Of a stretch of DNA of 34,591 bases, positions 17,832 through 27,751 are shown in pieces; positions within the stretch are counted from its first letter, which is position 1, and the number at the start of each line of letters is the position of its first letter. The notes beneath the pieces were generated by a model. It was not told the origin of the DNA, ran no database searches, and saw only the letters and a program-made list of their open reading frames with translations. The translations under genes were made by a program, and so were the position numbers. Origin of the DNA: Limisphaerales bacterium (GTDB lineage Bacteria > Verrucomicrobiota > Verrucomicrobiia > Limisphaerales > SIBE01); assembly GCA_044225505.1 (NCBI GenBank), contig JBGAIN010000085.1, positions 1 to 34,591 on the forward strand. Reading direction: 5' to 3'.

Positions 17832-20800
17832 CTACGGTTTGACTCGTAAGAACAGGTTGCCCGCACCGATTGCAATTGTGGCTGGGCTTGTGCCGCCAAC
17901 GTCCGTCCAGGTGACGGGCGCGGTCAGGCTGGCTGTCCGCTGCAAGGTGGCAGCCCCGGCGGTCCAGCTCACGGTGATGTTGCCGCCGCTGCGCGAGATC
18001 GAGAGCGTGATTTCACCGCCCCCGGGCGTGGTCGTGCCGCCGCCACTGCTCAGGATGGTGGCGATTAATTCGGCCCCGAACACCATGTCGGAACTGGAAC
18101 CGCTGGCCTGGTGAACTTCCGCAGCGAGGGTATTCTCACCTTTCACCAACAGATTGACCGGGATATCAAACGGACCGGCATAGGCATTCTCATGGTCCGC
18201 AAAGAAGGTCGAGAAATCGAACGTGGCGTCGGCGGCGAGCCCGAGGCGATTGATTTCCGTGCCGTTCAGGTAAAAGACCGCGCCATCGTCGACAACATGG
18301 CGCAGACGCAACTTGCTCACCTTGGCGGGGTCGGCGTCCAGATTGAACCGGCCGCGGTAATAGAAGGTGGTAATGTGGGTGCCAGCTTCGTCGAAGCGCG
18401 AGATCGGAGTGCGGATCGGTTCCACCGTGGTGGTGGACTCATCCGCGATCAGCGCTTTGCCCGTGGGCCATTTGCTATCGTCGAAGGTTTTGTCTTTCCA
18501 GGCCGTCCCCAGGTCCAGACCGGACCGGTCGTAGCTCCAGACCGTCTTATCATCGATGCTGAGCAAAGGCGTGACCACAGGCACCACCGGCACGGTCGCC
18601 ACCAATTCGGCTCCGAACACGGTATCGGAGCTCGACCCGCTGGCCTGGTGCACCTCGGCGGCGAGAACGTTATCTCCCTGAATCAGAAGATTCGCTGGGA
18701 TATCGAGCGGCCCGACATACGCGTTTTCGTGATCGGCAAAGAAGGTCGAGAAATCAAACGTGGCATCGGCCGCAATGCCAAGCCGGGTGATTTCGGTGCC
18801 GTTGAGTAAAAGACAGCGCCGTCATCCACGACATGGCGCAGCTGTAGCTTAACCGAGGCACTGACCGTCCCGGAGAACGTGAAGTGCGTGCGATAGTAAA
18901 AGGTCGTGATATGGGTTCCAGCTTCATCGAAGCGCGAGATGGGAGTGCGGATCGGTTCTACCGTCGTGGTGGACTCATCGGCGATGAGCGCTTTGCCCGT
19001 GGGCCATTTGCTATCGTCAAAGGCTTTCTCTTTCCAGGCCGTCCCCAGATCCAGGCCGGACCGGTCATAGGTCCAGGTGGTCTTGTCGTCAATTGCGACC
19101 AGAGTCACTTTCTCTTTCAGCCCGCCGACGGAGATGCTCACCGGTTCAGAGCGTGTGAATAGTCCAGCGCTGTCGGTGGCCACCACAGTAAACTGATGCG
19201 CGTCTTCGCTTAGCCCCGAGAGAGTCAACGTAAACGGAGGCGCGGTGACCTCTCCCACCTTGTTGGCTTGCTCGAAGAATTCCACGCGAACGATGCGCTT
19301 GCCTGACGCGGGAGTGGGAGACACCGTGAGCGTGACGGGCACACCCGGGTCAAAAGAGTCTCCGTTTGCCGGACTGGAAATGACCACGGTCGGAGCGGTG
19401 AAGGTGCCTGGAGCTACATTGGCTTGAAGAACATCGCCTGCAATGTAAGGCAGCGATTTGGCAGCGTTCGTGTCGCCAACCTTGCGCCATGCCACGTCGC
19501 AGTAATCGCCCCCAGTGCCTTCTTTCCATAGAGCGTAGATATAATAGCTCTTGCCCGCGGTCAGCGCTTTCGGCTCGGAAGTCTGCGGAGCGCCAGGGTC
19601 CGAGAACGGGTTGCAGCAGCCGGTCTCCTCCGCGATCATGACCGCGTTCGCCACGTTCTCATCCGGACTTAAAAAGAGCTGCGCGCCGTCGTCGCTGCGC
19701 AGGAAGAATTCATACTGGGCCGTTTCGGTCGGAACGATCCAACCGGAGAGGCGACCGCCGTAATTGTCGCGCGTGCTTAACCCGGAAGCGTTATCGGGAA
19801 AGACGAGCCGACTGGTAAAGGCCGTCACGTAGCCGATAAAGTCCGGCGTATTCGCTTGAAATCGGGCGTCGTCAAGGAGCGTTTGCACCGCACCGCCGGT
19901 AAGATCATAGTAAGCTTCCAGTTTAAGTCCACCGCGGCTCAGGGCAAAGGCGGGAACTGAGATTTTGGCATCGGCCAGGCTCTTGACTCCGGCCGTGTCG
20001 ACAATGTCTTTGATCGTGAGAACGTAAGTTGTTCCAGCGGTTTGTTTACTCGTCGCGAGCCGGACACGGGTGGGGCTGAGGATGGCGACGCTGGTGACCG
20101 TCAACCCGTTATCGAATCCGTAACTGCCCGCGGCGCCAGCCGAAGCTGCGGCCACGGCTTCGGAAAAATCGACCGTGACCGTGTCGAACGTATCGCTGGC
20201 GATGGCAGCGATAATCGACGGAGGCGTGACGTCGGCGGTGACGGTCAGGGTCACTTCGTCACTCGTGATGGTGGCGCCAGGAATGGAGAGAAGCGCACGA
20301 ATCTTCGCCCCGTTATCAGAGGCCGCCACGGGCCCGAAAACGGCGTTGAGCCCTGTCACCCCAGGCAAGCTCACCCCATTCTTCTGCCATTGAACGAACA
20401 GAGGAGAGATCGTGCCGGTCGCTTCTAGCGAAAAGATCGCAGAATCATTCTGCGCCACGGTAATGTTGGTCGGCTGCTTTGAAATCGTAATGGTCCCGTC
20501 GGACGGAATCATGGCCGACAAGTAAGCGCCAGGGATCGGGTTCAGTTTGGCCGCCGGGGTGGCATCTCCCACCTTCCGCCAGGCCACCTGCGCAAAATCA
20601 CCGCCGCCCCCTTCTTTGTAGAGCACTTGGATGGCGTAACGCTTTCCAACTTGTAATGGCGTGGGCGCCGAGGTTTGCGTGGCGCCAGGCTCCTGAAATG
20701 CATTGCAACACCCGGTTTCCTCAGCGACAGGGGCCGCGGAAAGGTTGGCCACATTGTCATCCGTGCTTAGGAACAGCTGCGATCCATCGTCGCTGCGCAG

Positions 20801-21109
20801 AAAGAATTCGTAGTCACCAGATTCGGGAGGGCTAACAAAGCCGGTAATCCGGCCGCCATAGTTTTCGTGAGTATCGTCTGGATAAACCGTGCGCGTGTTA
20901 AACGAAGTCATCCATAACACGGCCGCTGGGGAATTGGGAAAGCTCGGGTCATCGAGCAAGCCTTGCACCGCGGCGCCGGTGATATTGGTGTAGGCTTCGA
21001 ATTTCAGGAATCCAGGAATGAGCGTGGGCGGTCCGGCTGCAATCGCCGATGAAGCGAGCCCTGTGGAACACAGGGCTAAGGCAAGGAGTCTGGGCAATAG
21101 AGTTCGCAT
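17832..21109 (-). CDS. Large secreted PA14/Ig-like/jelly-roll multidomain protein (~1092 aa if repaired), interrupted by a 1-bp deletion at ~18806
   Basis: Signal peptide MRTLLPRLLALALC..AIA; two PA14 domains (LRSDDG); Ig-like modules; two tandem 179-aa repeats; ORFs 18683-21199 and 17832-18653 join if one C is restored (TAC-[C]TC-AAC). Confidence 0.85.
18057..19093 (-). repeat. Intragenic tandem duplication, 537-bp period
   Basis: 18594-19093 and 18057-18557 share long identical peptides (KWPTGKALIADESTTTVEPIRTPISRFDEAGTHITTFYYR). Confidence 0.9.
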
Positions 21110-21530
21110 AGGTCGGTTGGTTGAATCCAGCAACACATCCCCGTCGTCTGTCCTCGCGGTCATGCTTGGCAACGGGTTGCACACTCGGTAAAGGCGCAAG
21201 CGTCCCGGAGACAGCGGCGGTATGCTACCGCTGGATTATGGGTTCTGGTGTCGGAGCCAGATCACCAAGGATCATTCCAGAAGTCAAAAAGAATTTGCAC
21301 AATCGTAACTTGACAGCCGCTACCAAAGATCGCCCAGGTTAAGTTTACAGTCAGTCCGTTGCTCTCCATCGAAGACGCCTCCCTGCCGCTTCACTCGCCG
21401 TGACGTCGCGCACGCTGGGATCTCCAGCGACGCCGGACCGTGATGGATCGATTCGGCACGGCTGAGTCCATGGAGCCAGCCGAGGCGTCGGCTGTGGATT
21501 GGCGAGGACGAATTTTCCGAGCGGGGCAAT

Positions 21531-21564
21531 TCTGCGGCTGATGGTCGCTTACAGCCGCGGTCCG
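21531..21564. repeat. REP-like hairpin (family A), inverted copy of 25242-25275
   Basis: Reverse complement CGGACCGCGGCTGT-N10-CAGCCGCAGA; arms identical to the 25242 copy, loop different. Confidence 0.75.
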
Positions 21565-21685
21565 CCAGTACAGAAATCGAGCGCGGCGGTATCCGCAGGA
21601 TCATCGACAGGAATTCTGGACGGATGGGTAGGCGGCGCCCCCGAAGCGGCTGGTCCCTTGGACACAGTCGCAGCGCCTGGACAGG

Positions 21686-23125
21686 TCACGGTTGCCGCAA
21701 GCGAAAGAAACGAGCTGGTCCGTCGAGCGTGAGGTTCAGTCGGTGTTGCCCACCGGCGTTCACGACAGGCTCATTGATCGGCTGCCAATTCAACCCCGTC
21801 CCAAGAACAGGGGTCGACTCCACGGTCTGTGGCTGGCCGGAATCAGGCCAGGCCAGGACCAGGCGCGGTGGCAACCCAGGGACAATCTGGGCCGTAAGCG
21901 ATGGCGCTTGGCCCGTTACTGGAGGCGTCACGCCGCCGCTGCCCGGCCGCCACGTTGGCCAAGTCGCAGGCGCACCGCGCAGGTTTTGGAAGCCAGCGCC
22001 GTCCGCTTGGATTGTGGCCAGTCGGACGCTGCCCACATCAAACGTTCGGAGGGGAAACCCATCGCGAAGCGCTTGCCGGCCCAAATCAAACACCAGGGTT
22101 TTCCCATCTGGCGCCCAGGAGACGCGAGTGATGTAATCGCCGACGTTGAACGTGGCCACGGTTCGGTCGTTGCTTCCGTCCGTTCCCACAATGCGGAGAG
22201 AAGGTTGCGACGGCAGTTTCACTCCGGCCGACGTGACTGCAGTCTGGGTCCGGACATAGGCCACTTGCTGGCCGTCCGGCGAGAAGGCCGGAGCGAAGTC
22301 GTCCGCCCAGACCAGGGCATACGGTTCGAACGCAAATCCCGTTGAGCCCGAAGGAAAGGTCAAGCGACGGCGCCGGCCCTGGTCAGCCGCGTTGGGAGTG
22401 GGTTCGATCAATTGAATCGACGTGATGGGGAATTGACCGCCCGCGCCACCGAAGGAGGTGATCGCGTTGTAGGGATAGGCAATCAGGTCCTGGGTGGGCG
22501 ACCAGTCCACCCCTTCCCCTGGGTGGGCGTTGTCGTCGTCGCAAAGGCCACTCGCGACAAGAAACGGCGCGGTTCCATCCGCGCTAAAGATGACTAACGA
22601 GACGCAGCGAGAAATCTTGGAGGTCGTCTCGTACGGTCCGACCGCGCTGCCGAATTCGTTCGTATAAACGGTCGTGCCGCGCGCGCCAGCATAGCTGACC
22701 ATGCCCGCGGCGACCCGTTGGTTATCCCGTGAAAACGCCAGGTAAGACGGAAAGAACGTCAGGAAACCGCTCGCGTTGGCGGTATCTTCGAAGGCCGACC
22801 ACTTGGCCAGTTGCCCGGTCGCGGGATGTAACACAAATAGGTCGGTGCTCCATTTTGACGGGCGCGCGGGATCAGTTCCAGCGACGGCCAGCCACTGACC
22901 GTCGCGTGACCAGGTTGGATAGGCGGCGTTACGGACCGCAATGGGCACCAGAACGTCCCCGGTGCCGTTCGCGTTGATCGACGCTAATTGCAGCGCGGGC
23001 GCGCCTGAGGATAGGTCGAGGTAGTTGTAAGTGATACTGCCGGCAGACTGGCCTCGGGCCAGGACGGTCAGGAAGTTCGCCAGGAGCCAAGTTCGCCACA
23101 GGCGATTCGCCAAGAGTCTGTTCAT
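21686..23125 (-). CDS. Secreted TolB/PD40-like beta-propeller protein with C-terminal beta domain
   Basis: Repeats YPTWSRDGQWLA, FSRDNQRVA, VDWSPTQD, APAFSPDGQQVAY, VSWAPDGKTLVF; signal-like N-terminus; start uncertain (23125 or 23137). Confidence 0.8.
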   Translation of the reverse strand: MNRLLANRLWRTWLLANFLTVLARGQSAGSITYNYLDLSSGAPALQLASINANGTGDVLVPIAVRNAAYPTWSRDGQWLAVAGTDPARPSKWSTDLFVLHPATGQLAKWSAFEDTANASGFLTFFPSYLAFSRDNQRVAAGMVSYAGARGTTVYTNEFGSAVGPYETTSKISRCVSLVIFSADGTAPFLVASGLCDDDNAHPGEGVDWSPTQDLIAYPYNAITSFGGAGGQFPITSIQLIEPTPNAADQGRRRRLTFPSGSTGFAFEPYALVWADDFAPAFSPDGQQVAYVRTQTAVTSAGVKLPSQPSLRIVGTDGSNDRTVATFNVGDYITRVSWAPDGKTLVFDLGRQALRDGFPLRTFDVGSVRLATIQADGAGFQNLRGAPATWPTWRPGSGGVTPPVTGQAPSLTAQIVPGLPPRLVLAWPDSGQPQTVESTPVLGTGLNWQPINEPVVNAGGQHRLNLTLDGPARFFRLRQP

Positions 23126-23253
23126 GGGGTTTGCCATAGACTTAAGGGTAAGGGCTTCGCGTTCCTGACCGAGCAGCGTGAGGAATCCAACGATTGCCAT
23201 TTGAGCCAGCGCGAGGCCATGAACCTGACTCTTATAGACCTAGTTTTGCAGAC

Positions 23254-23661
23254 CTAGTGATGGGCCAGTTGGGCTTCGCCGCGCAATTCTTCGACCATGG
23301 GGCACTCCGCCGCCACGGGTCGGACCTCAACCCGAATGCCATAAGGGAGTCCCGGACATTGCTTGGCAATGGCGACAGCTTCTTCGAGAGTGCCAACCTT
23401 GAGCAGGAAATATCCACCGATCGTTTCTTTCGATTCGGTAAATGGGCCGTCCACCACAACGCGCCCATGGTTTCCGGAAACGACCTTTCCTTCAGGTTCC
23501 AAAGGGTTTCCCGCCGTTACCTTGCCGGCCTCCATCAGCCCGCGGAACCAGGCCATCCAAGCATCGGAAATAGCTCGCGTCTCGTCTGTCGAAAGTCCTT
23601 TGTACCAATCAGTTCCTCGAAAAATCAGCATGTATCCGTTGTCTTGCGGTGTGCTCATCAT
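23254..23661 (-). CDS. YciI/DGPF-family protein
   Basis: YMLIFRG, W..W, VVDGPFTESKETIGGYFLL, EEAVAIAKQCP, VEVRPV. Confidence 0.9.
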   Translation of the reverse strand: MMSTPQDNGYMLIFRGTDWYKGLSTDETRAISDAWMAWFRGLMEAGKVTAGNPLEPEGKVVSGNHGRVVVDGPFTESKETIGGYFLLKVGTLEEAVAIAKQCPGLPYGIRVEVRPVAAECPMVEELRGEAQLAHH

Positions 23662-23704
23662 AAGCCTTTCGGGTTAAGGTTGAAACGATCTTTATCAATG
23701 ATAC

Positions 23705-23731
23705 GACGAACGGAACGGGAAGGTCAGGACA
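23705..23731 (-). promoter_or_regulatory. Candidate ECF42-type sigma promoter upstream of the DGPF gene
   Basis: Minus strand TGTCCT-17 bp-CGTC, resembling the TGTCGA...CGTC motif described for DGPF-linked ECF42 factors. Confidence 0.5.
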
Positions 23732-23876
23732 ATTCTTCAAACCCTCTATCGGCTGCGTTTTCGGTGGAAACAGACAAACGTGGATTTCCCGACGTTCATT
23801 CGAGACCTGGAGGAGGTCCCGCGGGGGCAGAAATCCTTGACCTCCAAGGGACCCGACAGCACACTTTAGGTAATAT

Positions 23877-25220
23877 ATGTCTTACCGCGCGTGGTTTCAG
23901 TGTATCCGCCCCGAGTGCGGCCAGACCTACCCGCTCAATTCGATCATTTATCGCTGCAAACAATGCGGCGAACTGCTCGATGTCCGACACGATGTGGACG
24001 CGTTGGCGCAACGTTCTGGGATCGCGTGGATGCGTCTATTTGACGACCGTTATCGCGGCAACCAATGGCCTTACGGTTCGGGGGTCTGGGGCAAGAAAGA
24101 ATGGATCCTGCCTCAAATCCAGGATGAGAACATCGTCTCGCTTTACGAAGGAGGAACGAATCTGTTCTGGGCGGAGCGCTTCGGGAAAATCATTGGCCTG
24201 AACGATCTCTGGATCAAGCTTTGCGGGAACACCCATAGTGGCTCGTTCAAAGACCTGGGAATGACCGTTCTGGTCTCGCAAGTGAAACAGATGATCGCGG
24301 AAGGCGCGCCGATCAAAGCCGTCGCGTGCGCCTCGACAGGAGATACCTCCGCAGCGTTGGCCGTTTACTGCGCCGCCGCGGGCATCCAAGCGGTCGTCCT
24401 GCTGCCGCGCGGCAAGATTTCAATCGCGCAACTCGTGCAGCCTATTGCCAACAATGCGCTCGTGCTCTCGCTCGATACCGATTTCGACGGATGCATGCGG
24501 GTGGTGCAGGAGATCACCAAAGACGAGACGATCTACCTGGCCAATTCGATGAACTCGCTGCGGATCGAGGGCCAAAAGACCGTCGGGATCGAGATTGTCC
24601 AGCAGTTTGATTGGGAAGCCCCAGATGTGATCATCATCCCGGGCGGCAATCTCGGAAACGTATCCGCCTTGGGAAGTGGTCTGCTGCTCATGCGAGAATT
24701 AGGCATGATCAATCGACTGCCGCGGATCGTCGTCGCCCAGGCAGAAAAGGCCAACCCACTTTACCGCTCTTACCTGCGCAATTTCGAAGACTTTCAGGCG
24801 ATCGAAGCGCAACGCACCCTGGCGAGCGCCATCCAGATTGGCAACCCGGTGAGTGTTGCTAAGGCTATTCGGGTGCTGCAGCAATTCAACGGCATTGTCG
24901 AGCAAGCTACGGAAGAAGAACTGGCCGACGCCGCCGCTCTAGGTGACAAAACGGGAATGTTCAACTGCCCGCATACAGGAGTCGCGTTGGCCGCACTCAT
25001 AAAACTTCTAAAAAAGGGTAAGATTGATCCTTCCGAGCGGGTGGTGGTCATCTCGACGGCGCACGGACTGAAGTTCGCTGATTTCAAAGTGCGTTATCAC
25101 GGCCAGGAACTGGATATCCCCTCGCGTCATGCGAACCAACCGGTGGAATTACCACCGAGGCTCGACGCGGTCAAAGAGGCGCTCGATAAAGCGCTGCGAC
25201 ATAGCGTTCCGAAAGTCTGA
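23877..25220 (+). CDS. thrC: Threonine synthase
   Basis: [19 protein letters not shown] (PLP Lys), [38 protein letters not shown]. Confidence 0.95.
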   Translation: MSYRAWFQCIRPECGQTYPLNSIIYRCKQCGELLDVRHDVDALAQRSGIAWMRLFDDRYRGNQWPYGSGVWGKKEWILPQIQDENIVSLYEGGTNLFWAERFGKIIGLNDLWIKLCGNTHSGSFKDLGMTVLVSQVKQMIAEGAPIKAVACASTGDTSAALAVYCAAAGIQAVVLLPRGKISIAQLVQPIANNALVLSLDTDFDGCMRVVQEITKDETIYLANSMNSLRIEGQKTVGIEIVQQFDWEAPDVIIIPGGNLGNVSALGSGLLLMRELGMINRLPRIVVAQAEKANPLYRSYLRNFEDFQAIEAQRTLASAIQIGNPVSVAKAIRVLQQFNGIVEQATEEELADAAALGDKTGMFNCPHTGVALAALIKLLKKGKIDPSERVVVISTAHGLKFADFKVRYHGQELDIPSRHANQPVELPPRLDAVKEALDKALRHSVPKV

Positions 25221-25241
25221 GGCGGTTAACGCGCTCCGTTA

Positions 25242-25367
25242 CGGACCGCGGCTGTGTCGTCAGACCAGCCGCAGAGTCTGATCCGCTTAAGGATTCGTCG
25301 TTAAGGATTCTTCGTTCCCGGATCGAACAACCGGACGGCGGCTGATCCTGCGGATGCGACCGTGCCC
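25242..25367. repeat. REP-like doublet (family A) downstream of thrC
   Basis: CGGACCGCGGCTGT-N10-CAGCCGCAGA at 25242-25275 and degenerate inverted partner at 25336-25367; TTAAGGATTC duplicated in the spacer. Confidence 0.7.
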
Positions 25368-25453
25368 AATGCCGGAGATGGATTTCCCTACTCTTCCGAA
25401 GATTTTCCGTGTAGCCATAGAGCTATCAATCGTTAACCAAACCAAACCTGACC

Positions 25454-26383
25454 ATGCGCCGTCTTAGCTCTATCGCTCCTGACTGGTGGGATTATACAAC
25501 CCTGCCGAACGACATTATCGACGCCGCCGCAAAACTTACCCCCCGGGATCTGGAACGGCTCTCTCGCCCGGGCTTTCAGGTAAAGTTTTACGATACCCTG
25601 GAAGACTTCTATGTCGCCGAGGCCCTGGAGTACATCGACGCCTGGCGCCAAAGCACGCCCGACAATCCCGTAGGAATATGCGGACCGATCGGCCCCACCG
25701 AACAACTGCCGCTCGTGGCGCGCATCGTCAACGCCCTGGGACTCGACGTGCGATCGGGGCATTTTTGGGGTATGGACGAATGGTATCTCGATGGTAAGGA
25801 AACGCCCGTGACCCATCCGCTCTCGTTTGAACGAGCCGATCGCGAGCTCTGTTTCAGTCGCATCGATAAAAAACTGCGCATGCCCGACGCCAATCTCCAT
25901 TTCCCCAAAGGCGATACCCTACCCTACCGCAAATCGTGGGACGCTGGCGTCCGCTGTGCCGTCATGCAAGGCGGTCAAGGTGATGTCAAACATTGGGCGT
26001 TCAACGATCCGTTACCGCGCAAAGGCAAATACAAAGACGCTCCACCCTCCCCCGACGAATATCGCAAACTCGGGACACGCACCGTCCAATTGCACCCACT
26101 GACCATCGCGCAGAACGCCCGGACCAGCGGCGGCGGGAACATCTCCCTGGTGCCGACGATGGCGATTAGCGTCGGACCATTGGAAACTTGGAAAGCGGAT
26201 AAAGTCTCTATTTGGCAAGCTGGGAATCATGACAATCCGTTCGGTCAACGCTTGACCGCTTTCATGATCTCGAAACGGCTTGTGGATAGCGCCGTCCCCA
26301 TGTCGCTCTTGGCCGATCATCCCAACGTCCAATTCAATTATTTCCGCGGCGGCCTGGGGACGTGTGCCGTGGAGATGCATTAG
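25454..26383 (+). CDS. Glucosamine-6-phosphate deaminase/isomerase (NagB)-like protein, divergent subfamily
   Basis: [43 protein letters not shown] mirror NagB-fold motifs. Confidence 0.75.
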   Translation: MRRLSSIAPDWWDYTTLPNDIIDAAAKLTPRDLERLSRPGFQVKFYDTLEDFYVAEALEYIDAWRQSTPDNPVGICGPIGPTEQLPLVARIVNALGLDVRSGHFWGMDEWYLDGKETPVTHPLSFERADRELCFSRIDKKLRMPDANLHFPKGDTLPYRKSWDAGVRCAVMQGGQGDVKHWAFNDPLPRKGKYKDAPPSPDEYRKLGTRTVQLHPLTIAQNARTSGGGNISLVPTMAISVGPLETWKADKVSIWQAGNHDNPFGQRLTAFMISKRLVDSAVPMSLLADHPNVQFNYFRGGLGTCAVEMH

Positions 26384-26421
26384 CACCATCGAAGGAAGTT
26401 CCGGAACTGGGCGGGCCTGGC

Positions 26422-27537
26422 TCAGGCCCGGATCGCATTGAGCAGCTGCGGAAAGAGCTGCGCGTAGGCATCGTGATCGGTCCAATCTTGAAAACTCAAC
26501 ACCGCGCGCGGGCATCGAATCTCACGGAACCACGCGCGCGCGTGTTTTAAGACCTTATCATCGGCGGCGACCGCAACTAGGAGCGAACCGCCCTCGGCTT
26601 TCTCCTTTTCCAAGGTTCGCTCGATTTCTTTTTCGAGCCGCGGGCTGCGGACGCAGTCGGACGTCAAGACCAGGAGGAGCTGATCGTACTGCCCGCTTAG
26701 GCTTGCGACCGGGCTTCTAAACCGATCGCCGCCGTTCCGGTCGTGCGGCGCGAACCAACAACGCGTTCCCGCCTTCTGCAAGTCCCGACAGAGCAACTCG
26801 GCCAAGGTCTTGCCCTCTTTGCAATAGTGAATAAAACAGCCGCCCGCCCGGACCACCGCCGAACGCTCTTCCCAATACCGAATCAGCTCGTCGGGCAATC
26901 CGCATCCTTGAAGAAAGACCTGCGGGAGCAGGCCAGACTGGGCCAACGTCCGATGGTCGATGATCGACGGGCCTAAATGAACGCACGTATCCAATCCTTT
27001 GGCGCCGCTCAGGTCCAAGGCACCCACAATCGTCTGGGCGAATGTCGCGAGGCTGAAGTTCGCGCCCCGAACCTTGGCATGGATTAAACTCGCGCCGCTC
27101 AAGTCGGCTCCGCTGAAGTTGGCCCCCGTCAAATCCGAGTCAATCAAGGTGGCCCCGATCAGGTTGGCGTGTGACAGGTTCGCTCCAGCTAAGTTGGCGC
27201 GCACCAAATTCGCGCCACTGAGATTGGCCAGACTTAAATTTGCCCCAGCCAAATCCGCGTTGCTCAGCACCGTTCCAACCAATTGGGCACCGCTAAAATC
27301 CGCTCCGCGGAAGTAGGCACTGACCGCCGTCGCCCCGCTCAAATTGGCTCCCATCAAATTCGCCTTGTTGAACTTGGCCCGCGGAAGTTCTGCCAGGGCG
27401 AAATTGACTCCCACCAAGTCCACCTTTTCCAACTCAGCACAGATCAGGTGAGGAACGATCTCGTCATGCCCCGTGCGCCACTTATTCCAAATCGCGGGGC
27501 CACGCTCGAGAATGCGAAGATGCTGTTGGCGCGCCAC
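26422..27537 (-). CDS. Pentapeptide-repeat protein fused to a C-terminal TIR domain
   Basis: Long A(N/D)LxG-type repeat run; GLDTCVHLGPSIIDHRTL..FLQGCGLPD linker; CFIHY..LCRDLQKAGTRCWFAP..LLLVLT..EKEI TIR pattern; GTG start. Confidence 0.85.
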   Translation of the reverse strand: MARQQHLRILERGPAIWNKWRTGHDEIVPHLICAELEKVDLVGVNFALAELPRAKFNKANLMGANLSGATAVSAYFRGADFSGAQLVGTVLSNADLAGANLSLANLSGANLVRANLAGANLSHANLIGATLIDSDLTGANFSGADLSGASLIHAKVRGANFSLATFAQTIVGALDLSGAKGLDTCVHLGPSIIDHRTLAQSGLLPQVFLQGCGLPDELIRYWEERSAVVRAGGCFIHYCKEGKTLAELLCRDLQKAGTRCWFAPHDRNGGDRFRSPVASLSGQYDQLLLVLTSDCVRSPRLEKEIERTLEKEKAEGGSLLVAVAADDKVLKHARAWFREIRCPRAVLSFQDWTDHDAYAQLFPQLLNAIRA

Positions 27538-27751
27538 GGGCGCTAGAACTAACAGAGCGGCAATAGAATGGGTAGTTTATTTCGGGAAAATCTCAGGAAA
27601 TATTCGAGCCTTGCGAGATCGCAGAACCAAATAGGACTCGTGCCCGAACCCGGCGCCGAATGGACTACCCCTGAACGGCCTGCGAAGAGCACCTCCCTAT
27701 ACGATCAGATCGACCGTGGACACAGATCTTTGAATCTGAGATAAGTCGACC

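Noticed and set aside
21110..21340. Possible riboswitch in the leader of the PA14 protein gene (GGGACGC, small hairpins)
   Set aside because: Lacks the GCAAA/GAAA elements of c-di-GMP-I and matches no aptamer I recognise; an Rfam scan would settle it.
23194..24201. 335-aa plus-strand ORF
   Set aside because: Antisense to the DGPF gene and out of frame over thrC; no protein-like features.
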